DNA from: Octopus vulgaris
Lineage: Eukaryota
Length of the DNA: 64,000 bases
Direction: 5' to 3'
Assembly: GCA_951406725.2 (NCBI GenBank)
Contig: OX597823.1
Span: forward strand, 57,846,001-57,910,000
Below are positions 1 through 11,804 of the stretch, in pieces. Below the pieces are notes generated by a model that was not told the DNA's origin, searched no databases, and worked only from the letters and a program-made list of their open reading frames with translations. Positions within the stretch are counted from its first letter, which is position 1, and each line of letters begins with the position of its first letter. Made by a program: the position numbers and the translations under genes.

Positions 1-216
1 TGATTAACTGTGGATGCATTTTGGAGTGAGATATGAAAAATGCAAAAATTGTTTTTGAGTATATGTTATCTGGGAAATTTTCTTATGGTAGAGAAAAGGC
101 TAGTTTCTTTGGTTGCTATTTCTAAATTTCGGTATGTGGTGAAGCAAAGTTTTTTGCTGAACCCTAATTATAATTATACACATAATTATAAAAAATATAT
201 ATAAATATGTATATAA

Positions 217-279
<63 letters not shown>

Positions 280-315
280 AATATAGAAATATATATATAT
301 AGTTATATATAAATA

Positions 316-1009
316 TCTATACATATAAACTTGACACAGGCGATTCTTTCTTGTCGTGGGATATACGGTCAAACGGCTGGGTGGAATTGCACGAAAAATT
401 ACACAGATGTGATCCGCTAGTGATGCTGTGATTTGTATTTTTTCATAGCTTCCATGGTTAACGGGATAATCTTCTATAATAATAGTCTTGTGTTTATGAA
501 TGAGAAAGGAAGGGTTGATAGATGAATAAGGAAGGAAGGGGTGACGTCATTTTTTCATAGCTCCCATGGTTACGCAGATAATCTACTATAATAATACACT
601 TGTGTTTATGAATGAGAAAGGAAGGGGTGAATTCATACTTTGTAATAGAATGATGAAAATTGTACGCTGAAAAAATAAATCAATCAACGTTTCAAGTCTG
701 TGTGAATATATGTGTGTATCTAAAAAGGGGTATGTGCACGTGTGTGTGTGTTTGGGTGTGCGTGTGCGTGTGCGCACGCAATCGATGTGGTATGGTTCAA
801 TCTTTGTTCGCTTAGTATTTGGGTTTATTTTTTGATTTGGTCGTTTTTTTTTTTGTTGGTCAGTTATTTTTTTATCGCTTTGATAGAAAAATTCATTCTA
901 AAATTGATTTTGAACGTAAGCATGCCCAAACAGGTCGAATGCTTACACAGAGCAGGTTTTCCAGCCTCATCATCCAAACCGACCGGGTGAAACCGGGTTT
1001 AGCTGCTAG
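316..1009 (+). mobile_element. Non-autonomous Helitron
   Basis: Starts A|TCTATACATATAAA and ends with GC-rich subterminal CCGGGTGAAACCGGG then CTAG|T inside an AT/(TA)n target. Contains an internal ~110-bp tandem duplication (~439-632). Confidence 0.7.
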
Positions 1010-1031
1010 TATATATATATATATATATATA

Positions 1032-1407
1032 TCTATATAAACGGCAGTTTGTCTGTGCGTGTTTCTGTGTGTCTGTTTGGTTGTACCCTCACCCTGACCA
1101 CGGCTTTCAACCAATTCTGATGAAACTTGACACACACATAGCCCAATGTCATAATTCAAAACTAACGCAGCGAAAATTTTGAAAAGTTCCCCCAGTTCTG
1201 AAAAAAATCGATAAATTCGACATGGGGTCGAGAATCAGAAACAAAAACCGCAAACTGTCTAGGGGACGCAACTCCACCTTTTTTAACTAAAATAAAAATT
1301 TACCATCATTTTTTTCCATGTTTTTGCTATTTTTTGGCTATAACTCTCTAAAAATGCTTTATAGTTATTTCCCTTACAAACCTGAGCAACGCCGGGCGAT
1401 ACTGCCA

Positions 1408-1408
<1 letters not shown>
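1032..1408 (+). mobile_element. Non-autonomous Helitron (family 2)
   Basis: Starts A|TCTATATAAA and ends CCTGAGCAACGCCGGGCGATACTGCCAG|T (CTAG variant). Highly similar reverse-complement copy at 42007-42391. Confidence 0.8.
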
Positions 1409-1447
<39 letters not shown>

Positions 1448-2104
1448 TTACACATATTGCAGTGTGGATGGACACATGTTTTCTCTTCATTAAGGTTCGT
1501 CAGGATCGTTTACATCGTATGTAAACTTGCGAATAATATACCGTTTCTAAGAAAATGTCAACAATCTAGAAAATGAATATTTTCATTTACATAATGTCTC
1601 AAATTTTCCGACTGAGATTTAATATTAAATCTTTCAGCGTGCCGTTGTTTTGAATAAATATGTGTACGAAAATTATATACAAAATTTTTTATGAAAAATA
1701 TAATTATTCTTCATTATGAAATTGAAACAGTTAAATAATTCAGAGGAACTTCGTAACACCTATTCTTGAGAGAAATTATATTTGCACCGAGAAATTTATG
1801 GTTATAATAGTTATTGTATACGAATTACTCAAAACTGGGTCGGGTTGGTATCTTTTCTACTAAATCCAAACATTTACTGTGGCTGTTCTCTAAATTAATT
1901 TACGCTTATGGAATATAGTATTTATGCTCTTAATAAATTTTTTTTTTTGTTATTCCCATTGCTGTGGGGGTAACGTAAGCGAAGAATTTTGAGGAAAACG
2001 AAAGATAAATCAACCAATTCCGCATCCTCATCTAACGGCGTATTCTGAGATTTTTGTTATCAGAACTAGTGGCGTATTCTGAGATTTTTGTTATCAGAAC
2101 TAGA

Positions 2105-2159
<55 letters not shown>

Positions 2160-2199
2160 ACTTCACTGGTAATTCTAATCAGTTTAATTTGATTATTAA

Positions 2200-2420
2200 A
2201 AAATGTTCTTAATAATACCAATTTTAGCTCATAGATCTAGTAAGTTCGTTGTTAACTTGGGTGTGGAGAACTTTAGAAACATTTTTTTTGCTGTTAACTT
2301 CTTCGGACTACTTTCTCGCATTCGTTGTCAAGCTGATCTGAAGATTTAGGGTTTTGTGATTCTATATATGGAATTTGGGTGTGTTTGAGGTGTGGGGTTG
2401 GAGTTTGTTAATCAGTGTAG
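2200..2420 (-). mobile_element. Possible Penelope-like RT C-terminal remnant
   Basis: Minus strand reads IPYIESQNPKSSDQLDNECEKVVRR then KMFLKFSTPKL, loosely resembling the PLE 'LPYI...S.KL...F.T..L' linker. Very degenerate. Confidence 0.3.
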
Positions 2421-3001
2421 GAGTGAAAGACAGTTAATGAATAGCTGAAAGAACGTAGTGATTGGTCAACACATGATACCTGACTCGGGGTGGAGTTGGG
2501 AGGTGGTGGCGTGTTAAAGGAGTGTTTTGTGAAAACATTTGAATAGTTGACCTTTCGTCAGAAATCTAATGAAGTGTTCCCAAATTCTTTTAGTAATTTT
2601 CTATGTTTCAAGTGTGTGTCTCGGGTGCTGGTGTCAATGAGGTGTAAGAGACATATCTTTCGATAAAGAGGTATTTTTATATGTATTTCGGTTTGGGAGG
2701 GGAGGTGGGGAAGATCATGATAGCTCATATATTTATTTCCCTATAAACTAAAGGTATATATACATTTCTCTTTCTCATTCTCTGTGTAATTAGAGCTCCA
2801 CGCTCACTAATCAACAGAAATTCCACTCACTACCTCACTCTATCCCACCCGACGCTACTACAACTACTTCCACTCCCTCTCCGATGCACTCCCCCTCTTC
2901 CGCACTCCATCCTTCCGTTATTCCACCCCCACTCACTCCTCGTCTCTCTGCCCAACCACCCCTCTCACATCTAACTCATTCATCCCTCTCCACTTCAGTC
3001 T

Positions 3002-3880
3002 ATTGTTACGGTTACTCCTGATCTCCTCTCTGAGGCGGAGCGCTCTCTTCTCAGTAAGGGTCTGAGTTTCATCCTACTCACTCCTACCAGTAACGAATTT
3101 CAGACCTGTGCTGATGTTCATAGCTTTGTGCGCCCCGTCAGGCTATATGCACTATTCCACAACAGTCCACCAGCATCAAATGAAGAGAACTGCTTCACCG
3201 ACCTGGGCCGACAACCATCCCACTGGACGCCAGCTGCTGGACAGTTCCAAGCAGTTGATCATTTTGTAGGCATCTGCCAACGCGTTGTGGACCGGTATAA
3301 CTTTCGCAGGCGTCCCCGACATTTTAAAATCTCCCCAGCCGAACTCGTAGCCCTTCGATGTCTCCGGCATCGCAAAGACATCATCATGAAGCCAGCCGAA
3401 AAGAGTAGCGCCGTGGGGGTGTGACGCGCAGACCTCTAGAAGGCTGAAGCTTTCCGCCAACTTCAAGATACCTCATTCTATTGCCATCTGACCTCCAAAC
3501 TCGACCACGTCCTTGACCCCCTAGTGGCTTCCCTGTTCTCGGTTTCTTTAACCTTATCTTTTTCCCATCTGGCCCCTCTGAACTTCTCTTCACACTTCAT
3601 GTCAAAATTCCATATACAGAGATCCCACACAACGAAGGACTTCTTGCACTTAAATATCTATTAGACTTTCGACACAACCCACAACCTGACACATCCTCAA
3701 TTCTTCATCTGGTCGAACTTGTTCTCTCCTTCAACTGATTCTCGTTCGCGAGGGATTTTTACCAACATTTCTGGACTGGCAATGGGAGCGACAATGGGCC
3801 CTAACTATGCGTACGTGTTCGTTAGCTACATTGAGGCCCAAATAATCTCACGATTCACTGGATTCATTCCCGAACTAAAC
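3002..3880 (+). mobile_element. Penelope-like element reverse transcriptase remnant (frameshifted, deleted)
   Basis: Motifs LSEAERSLLSKGLSF; DVHSFVRPVRL; ELVALRCLRHRKDIIMKPAEKSSAVGV (cf. IKPADKGGAVV); YTEIPHNEGLLAL; GLAMGATMGPNYAYVFVSYIE (cf. GTAMG..MAPSYANLFM). Confidence 0.9.
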
Positions 3881-4039
3881 TCCCCTCACCATCCCTCTTC
3901 CCTGACACCTACTTGCTCTCTTCCCTCCTATCTACATTCTCTCTTTATTGGTAGTAGTAATGCAGTAGGATCTATTTAATTGAACAATGCAATCATTACA
4001 TCAATTTAAATACAGAAATAATTATTTCTGCATAAATAA

Positions 4040-4339
4040 ATATATATATATATATATAAATATAGATAATATATATATATTTACATACATGCATACGCAT
4101 ATATTCAAACATACGTATATACATAACTACATATATATATATATATAGATAGATGCATATATATATACATACATATATACATATATATACATACATATAT
4201 TCATATATATATATATACATGCATACATATTTTACATACACATATATACATACATACATATATATACACATATATATACATACACACATATACACACACG
4301 CATATATATATTTATAAATATATATACATACACACACAA

Positions 4340-4392
<53 letters not shown>

Positions 4393-4560
4393 CATACATA
4401 TATATACTTATATACACACGTATATATACACATATACATATATCTATATACATATACTTACATATATATAAACATAAATATATATACATACATATAAATA
4501 CATATATATACAGATATATATACACCTATGTATATACACATACATATATATGCATACATA
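4040..4560. repeat. Degenerate (TA)n/(TACA)n microsatellite block
   Basis: Direct inspection. Similar blocks at ~4860-5075, 5295-5740, 8865-9088, 10450-10880 and 29620-30010. Confidence 0.95.
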
Positions 4561-4886
4561 TATATTTTTATTTTTTTATTTTTTTATTTATTTTATCTAG
4601 TTTCAGCTCACGAGCAGTGGCCATACTGGGGCACCGCCATTACACATATATATTCACATATATGCGTACATATATACATACATATAAATACATATACATT
4701 CCTATATATATATATATACATAGGGTAAATGTTTTCATTCCTTTTCAGAATTGCAACTATTAGTGGCTTGGAGTTTTAACGGCTCTTTCTAGTGTGTCAT
4801 ATGTCATATTATGATCATCTCTTATGTGTTTAAATGCACACTGTATTTTTTTCTATGAATAATATACATACATATATATATTCATC

Positions 4887-4963
<77 letters not shown>

Positions 4964-4966
4964 ATA

Positions 4967-5024
<58 letters not shown>

Positions 5025-5078
5025 CATATATATATATATGTATATGCATATTTTTATACACATGCATATATATATATG

Positions 5079-5291
5079 CAGTGTAGCCATAAAGTCGGTT
5101 TACAGTGATTCAAATATCGCATTCGCATACATATATTAACAGTTTATATCTTAATTATAAAAAAAAATATGAAACCATTATTCTATGCTAATTCAGTCAA
5201 TTGTAAAATAGAAATTTAATTGCAATAAATGTCTTAAAACAAATATAAAGTGCCTACGTTATAATTGTAAATTGACTTTTGGCCCACGCTG
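5079..5291. mobile_element. Tc1/mariner-type MITE
   Basis: Imperfect ~30-bp TIRs: CAGTGTAGCCATAAAGTCGGTTTACAGTGAT vs revcomp CAGCGTGGGCCAAAAGTCAATTTACAATTAT. Lies in a TA microsatellite. Confidence 0.6.
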
Positions 5292-5516
5292 TATATACAT
5301 GCATGCATATATATACATATATATATATATATACATATACACACATGCATATACATATATACATACATATATATATATATATATATAAACATGTATATAT
5401 GCATATATGTACATATATATATATAAATAAATAAATATATATATATAAGCCTACACATATATATGTATGCATATGTACATATATATATACATACGTAAAC
5501 ATATATAAATATATAG

Positions 5517-5571
<55 letters not shown>

Positions 5572-5672
5572 CATGCATAAACATATATAAATATATAGCT
5601 ATATATATATATTTATATATATATATATATATACAAAATCGCATATATCTCTACAAACACACACACACACAC

Positions 5673-5717
<45 letters not shown>

Positions 5718-6007
5718 CACTTACAAACACACACATAAACAAACTTGCATTAGGTGCAAATAGGTGTCTTCAAAAATGAACAAGACATCCTCCTCCTGCT
5801 CGCAACAGCAGATGAACCAACAGCTCGACATGAGTTTCAGACGGGGACAGCGGAATCAAACTCCCTGATACACCAAATGGGCGAGCAGCTGGGACAAAAG
5901 CACATGCGGGAGTGGGGGTGTGAAACTCCCCAAACTTAGGAAATCAAAAAGTCCACGGTGGTGCTCCATCATTCAGCCGCATGTAGTAAAAGAATAAACG
6001 AATAAAA

Positions 6008-6058
<51 letters not shown>

Positions 6059-6160
6059 TTGCTCGTGTGTATGTTTATCGTAATTTTTATCTTCTTTTTC
6101 TTGAGTATTGGCTCTGATTTTAGCAAATGGTATTATGTACCCTACCTAATCTTAAATTAC

Positions 6161-6203
<43 letters not shown>

Positions 6204-6286
6204 ACGCACACACACACACATACACAGACTCACACACACATATATATGTATACATACATACATTTATACATATATATACATATAAA

Positions 6287-6338
<52 letters not shown>

Positions 6339-6880
6339 GTTTGTAATTACATGAGACATTGCAATATGTATGAATTTTGCAAAGTTTAAAAAAAAAGGAA
6401 GAATCTGAGCAATAGAAATGAGGAATATATAAGCCGTTGCTGTTCAATGAAGACTATAAGAAAATATATTGTATCGTGTTATAGAATTTGTTAAATGATC
6501 ATATAATATTGTAGGGAAATGTGTTACCGGTAAAAATACATTCGTTCGAACTCGTTTTCTTTTCGTGTATTTCATTTTGAAAAGGAAAAATCTACCCAGA
6601 CTCATCTGTTGAGAAATTCACGCTTAGGTAATACACACGCACACATACAAACACACACGCACACACACACACATACTCACACGCATATATTTGTATACAT
6701 TTATACATACATATATTTGATTTGTGTTCGTACATTCACTTACAGATATATAAATGTACATATGTGTATCTTTATACATCTCTGTGTATGTATATAAATA
6801 TATAAATATATGTTTATTGATGTGTATATAAATATATAAATATAAATATAAAATATATAAATATATGTTTATTGATGTAA

Positions 6881-6916
<36 letters not shown>

Positions 6917-7619
6917 GCACACACACATATGTATATCTATATATGTATGTATATACGGGTAGGACTTACACAAACCTCTGTGAGGTCATTTGATTTGCGA
7001 GAAATATTTTTGAAATTATACTTTTTCAAATTATAACATATCATCTTAAATAATGATACAACGTATTAGGTATCTATTCCTAAGGCTCCTAAAAACACCA
7101 GACATTCACGACAGGAATGATTTTGATCATATGTTCCACTGCTCACTTTTCGCCTTGGGTTAAACCGAAAATCGAAGTTAAGGTAAAACAAAAACAAAAA
7201 ATTGAACGTTGATGATGTCGATAACGATATCGTCGTCGTCATCGTCGTCGTATTGGGCAGCATTGAACATAATCTAAGCTTTGTAATTGTTCAACGCCAT
7301 CTTGAGATTTCGAAAATGCATTCATATTTTTGTAATTGGTGTAATTGTTTTTCAATTAGTGCAAAAATAATTAGACGAAAGGAGTAATTAGAGTAATTAT
7401 TATTTTTTAATTGGTGTAACAATTATAACTGGGTGAATTAACAGGAAATGTTGTTTGACTTTGCAATATTTCAACGTGTCATTAAAAATTGTTATAAATA
7501 CAACACGAAGTTTTTCTTTGTGGTCTGCTAAAAAGATTAACAACCTTGAGGCCCTCCCTTAGTCTTTCAACTATAAATAGAAAGTACCCAAATATAAAGC
7601 GATTATTTATTCATATATA

Positions 7620-8440
7620 CAGGGTGCGATGGGTAAATTGTCGCCCTTTTATATTTTATTGTCGTGCATGCGCGTAGTTTGTTTTTGATTTTGCCGACTA
7701 CACAATAGTGTAGGGTCAGTTGGGCACCGTTTTTGAGAAAAACAGCACCACGACGCAATTCACTCTGTGAGAAATTTGCAAAGAACTTGTTGCGCTGCTT
7801 GGCATTTGCGCCGAAAGTTCCCCTACGAAGAGGTGGTGAAGACACAGAACAACCGTTAGCTTGCCGTGTACCCAAACATTTACCGAGAGTGATAAAAATC
7901 AAACACCCAGTCAACATCAAAGTGTTTAGAGTGATCACTAATAATTTCCCACCCAGTCTCAGATTTAACACGGAGGCCTACATGAAGTGTCTGGAGGAGG
8001 TAGTGTCTGGATTGAGCGGAGACTGCTGGAACACCCTATGTCTGTCAACAGGACTCTGCACTATACCACGCAAACAGAAGAACAGTCATGAATGTCTCGT
8101 AATTTCTGCGGCCACATCACCCCTAACATCTGGCCACTTAACTCCCCAAACTGCAACCTCCTTGATTATTATGTGTGTGGAGTTGAGCAAGAGACCAACA
8201 AAACTCCTTGTAACACCAAAGATGAAGTGAAACCGAGGACTATGGTAGCATAACAAGGAGACCATCCTGGAGAGCTGCAGGATATTCCGAACTCGTCTGG
8301 CGATTTTATAAAATAAATTAACTCTTTAGTATTTCAAAATAATTATTATATTATTTTGGTATATATATCTGTTCAAAGGAGATATGAGTGTTATTTTCAT
8401 TTTTGCGTAATATAGACGACAATATATTCACAGCACCCTG
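7620..8440 (+). mobile_element. Internally deleted Tc1/mariner transposon (DD37D/maT-like transposase remnant)
   Basis: TIRs TA|CAGGGTGCGATGGGTAAATTGTCG and revcomp CAGGGTGCTGTGAATATATTGTCG. Remnant peptides KHPVNIKVF, RFNTEAYMKCLEEVV, QQDSALYH and WPLNSPNCNLLDYYVCG...TNKTPCNTKDEVK (cf. WPPNSPDLNPLDY). Confidence 0.85.
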
Positions 8441-8475
8441 AGTGTATGTGTGTGTGCGTGTGTGTGTGTGCGTGC

Positions 8476-8526
<51 letters not shown>

Positions 8527-8867
8527 CGTGTGTGTGTGTGCGTGTGTGTGTATGCGTATGTATATATATATGTATATATATATATGTGTGTGTGTGTGTG
8601 TATGCGTGTGTGAGTGAGTATATATATATATATATGTGTGTGTGTGTGAGTGTGTTTGAGTGTGTGTGAGGCATTTGTTTATATGTATAAATGCAAAGTG
8701 CTTGCGATATTATTGGAACGCCCGACAACTTTAATTATCTTTTCCTGGTTTTCACGCAGTGGTGCCAAGGTCTATAGACCTTTGTATATTTCTCTTGCAT
8801 AATATCGGTTTTAAGCAGAAGGGAGATTTTGTAAATTGGCAACTGTTGCTCTTTCATTAAAAGTATG

Positions 8868-8961
<94 letters not shown>

Positions 8962-8980
8962 GTATATATATATGTATATA

Positions 8981-9028
<48 letters not shown>

Positions 9029-9192
9029 TTTATTTATATAAATATGTATATATATATATATGTATGTATATATATATGTATATATATACCGGAGTAAACA
9101 CAGAAATGTGAAACAAGGTGGAAAAAAGAGTACTCAAATACCAGTGGTAGAGTAATATGCTTTATTTAAAGCAGCAGAAAATTCAACAAAAC

Positions 9193-9230
9193 CTGTTACT
9201 CTGAGTTTCCCGTTGCCGTTCATCGGACAG
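9193..9230 (-). ncRNA. Type I minimal hammerhead motif (CCGAUGA core variant, GUA site)
   Basis: Revcomp CTGT-CCGATGA-ACGGCAACGG-GAAAC-TCAGA-GTA-ACAG. Stem II is a weak CG-GCAA-CG. Confidence 0.7.
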
Positions 9231-9246
9231 TTTTTGCTAGCAAAAA

Positions 9247-9284
9247 CTGTCTGATGAACGGCAAGGGGAAACTCAGAGTGACAG
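9247..9284 (+). ncRNA. Type I minimal hammerhead motif (GUG at cleavage site, probably inactive)
   Basis: CTGT-CTGATGA-ACGGCAAGGG-GAAAC-TCAGA-GTG-ACAG: stem I CUGU/ACAG, stem III ACUC/GAGU. Confidence 0.7.
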
Positions 9285-9317
9285 GTTTTGTTGAATTTTC
9301 TGCTGCTTTAAATAAAG

Positions 9318-9366
<49 letters not shown>

Positions 9367-9374
<8 letters not shown>

Positions 9375-9752
9375 AAAGGGCTTAGTAAAATAAATTACTT
9401 TGCCGCATACTGAACTCATTAGAAATAGCAGCTAAAAAACTTTTTTAAAAAACCATTTCTAATACTTAAAGAAAATCTCTCTCATATAGTGTTTGGTCAA
9501 CTCAACTCACGAAAGTTTGATGATAGAAGTGTCGTTATGACTAATCTTGAAACGTACGTTCTCAAATAACCTTTGCATTTGATTTTTTGATGTCTTTACC
9601 CCCAAACTTCCGTGAGTTGAGTTGAGCAAACACTATATGAGAGAGGTTTTCTTTAAGTATTAGAAATAGTTTTAAAAAAGTTTTTTAGCTGCTATTTCTA
9701 ATGAGTTCAGTATGCGGCAAAGTAATTTATTTACTAAGCCCTTTTATATATT
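9367..9752. repeat. Foldback element: ~150-bp inverted arms around an 83-bp loop
   Basis: 9367-9519 is the near-identical reverse complement of 9603-9752. Sits between (TA)n tracts, with a single-copy tail to ~9850. Confidence 0.95.
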
Positions 9753-9845
9753 GTAATAATTTGAATTCGCCTTAAATGGTCCCTTTGCATACTGAACACT
9801 TGGTGAAATTAATTAATAATTAATTAATTTTACCCTCAATTGTTG

Positions 9846-9898
<53 letters not shown>

Positions 9899-9902
9899 TA
9901 TA

Positions 9903-9947
<45 letters not shown>

Positions 9948-10173
9948 GAAATATTAAAATTACTAAGTCTCTCTAAAGGAGATTACGGCAGTGTTACTGG
10001 ATATTAATAGTTATCGCCATACTAATATGGTAGTCTATAAATATAAGACTAAAGCTGTCGCTGATTAGCTCCAAGAGGCCACCGCCTCTAGCTAGTTATA
10101 TGACACACGAAGCTGCGTACATTACAACCTTCGAACAGGGGAAGTTAGCCGCTTCACTTTGCTAGTCAGACAT

Positions 10174-10214
10174 CTGCAGACATGTTTCAGGGTTGTTGCC
10201 CTTTATCAATGCAG
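10174..10214 (-). ncRNA. Type I minimal hammerhead ribozyme, U3-A8 covariant core, GUC site
   Basis: Revcomp CTGCA-TTGATAA-AGGG-CAACAA-CCCT-GAAAC-AT-GTC-TGCAG: 5-bp stem I, 4-bp stem II, palindromic stem III ACAUGU. Confidence 0.8.
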
Positions 10215-10520
10215 CGTAGTCAGACCCGCAGGTGTCGCTACTGACCATCTGTTCGAAGATTTTATTTACTTAGTTACAGTGGAATACATCCACTTGTTTT
10301 CAATAATAGAAATACTAAATTTACTATGTTTGTAGACAGTTGAAAAGAATACTTTTAACAAAAGGAAAAAAATGTGATAGCATTGTAGTTGCGGGTGGAG
10401 CCCTCAATCTCCTGGCAACCAATATGTTTAGACCCAGTCCGCCACTGTATATATATATATATATAGATACAGAGAGAGATAGAGATAGTGAGAGTGAGAG
10501 ATACATAAATATATATATGT

Positions 10521-10577
<57 letters not shown>

Positions 10578-10672
10578 TACACATATATACATACATATAT
10601 ACATACATATATACATACATATATATACATAGATATGTACATACATACATGTATATATACATATATATGCAT

Positions 10673-10710
<38 letters not shown>

Positions 10711-10818
10711 TGATATATATATATATATATATATTTATGTGCATGCATATAAATGCATGTATAAGTATATATATATTATATATATGTGTGTGTATGTGTG
10801 TGTGCGTGTGTGTATATG

Positions 10819-10880
<62 letters not shown>

Positions 10881-10963
10881 AATGCAGTACCCCAGCATAA
10901 TCCGCAGTCAAATGAGTGAAAGCAGTAAAAGAAATAGGCAATGTGCGCGCGAGCAGACAGACA

Positions 10964-11002
<39 letters not shown>

Positions 11003-11530
11003 ACACACACACACACACTCATATGCTTCTGCAAAGTATCAAAAATATATATATATAGTTACACATATTTTCATATATAATAGTGCAGATAGATATATAC
11101 GTACACATATACTTGTGTGCTATATCTTTACATTTAATCATATAAAATTACAAGTATTTACTTATATAATATATAGATCTAGAATTGTACCTATATACTT
11201 ACATATACATGCAGACAGACATATGCTAACACACACACTCACACATATATACATGCGTGCACACTCTCACAGGTACTTGCACTCACACACGCAGACATAC
11301 CCATACATATATATTGAAACATACCTTTCATTTCTTTTTTAATGTTAGTTGTAAAGATACCACAATTTGATAGAACAAATACACGGACTCACACACATAC
11401 ATTTTATATTTGCGTGTATGTGTGTGCTCAGGTATCAGTGTGTTGTTGCGTGTGTCTGCCTGGTACTTAATTTGTGTGAACCTGAAAAGATGTAAGCAAA
11501 GTCGTGTTGCTGTGTGGTCTGTTGATGTAT

Positions 11531-11804
11531 ATTTGAACTCAGAACGTATATTTAACAGACCGTTAGAAACCTATCTACTTACTACCCACAAGGGGCTAAA
11601 CACAGAGAGGACATGACATATACGGATTAAGTTGATTATATCGACCCCAGTGCATAACTGGTTTAGCATCTAAATTGAGTCTACTTGAATAAAGAAAACA
11701 GCTTGGGTGAAAACCTATAATTTCTACATCACAGATTGCGGCAGACGAAATACCGCTCAAAATTTCGCCCGGCTAATGCTAAGAAATTAATTGCCAGCTC
11801 GGCC
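11531..11804 (-). mobile_element. tRNA-derived SINE family A (degenerate)
   Basis: Reverse complement matches the head (GGCGAGCTGGCA) and tail (TTTAGCCCCTTGTGGGTAGTAA) of the 13610 unit. Confidence 0.75.

Larger units (their letters stand above)
9157..9320. repeat. Spacer-less palindrome (82-bp arms, 4 mismatches) containing two opposed hammerhead motifs
   Basis: Centre GCTAGC at 9236-9241. Arms aligned by eye, with mismatches at 9159/9318, 9197/9280, 9212/9265 and 9225/9252. Confidence 0.95.

Noticed and set aside
2545-2575. Minus-strand CTGACGAAAGG...CAAATGTT hammerhead-like string
   Set aside because: No GAAA and no convincing stems.
5753-6010. GC-richer 250-bp island with a 61-aa ORF
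   Set aside because: No recognisable motif; probably an unclassified repeat fragment between microsatellites.
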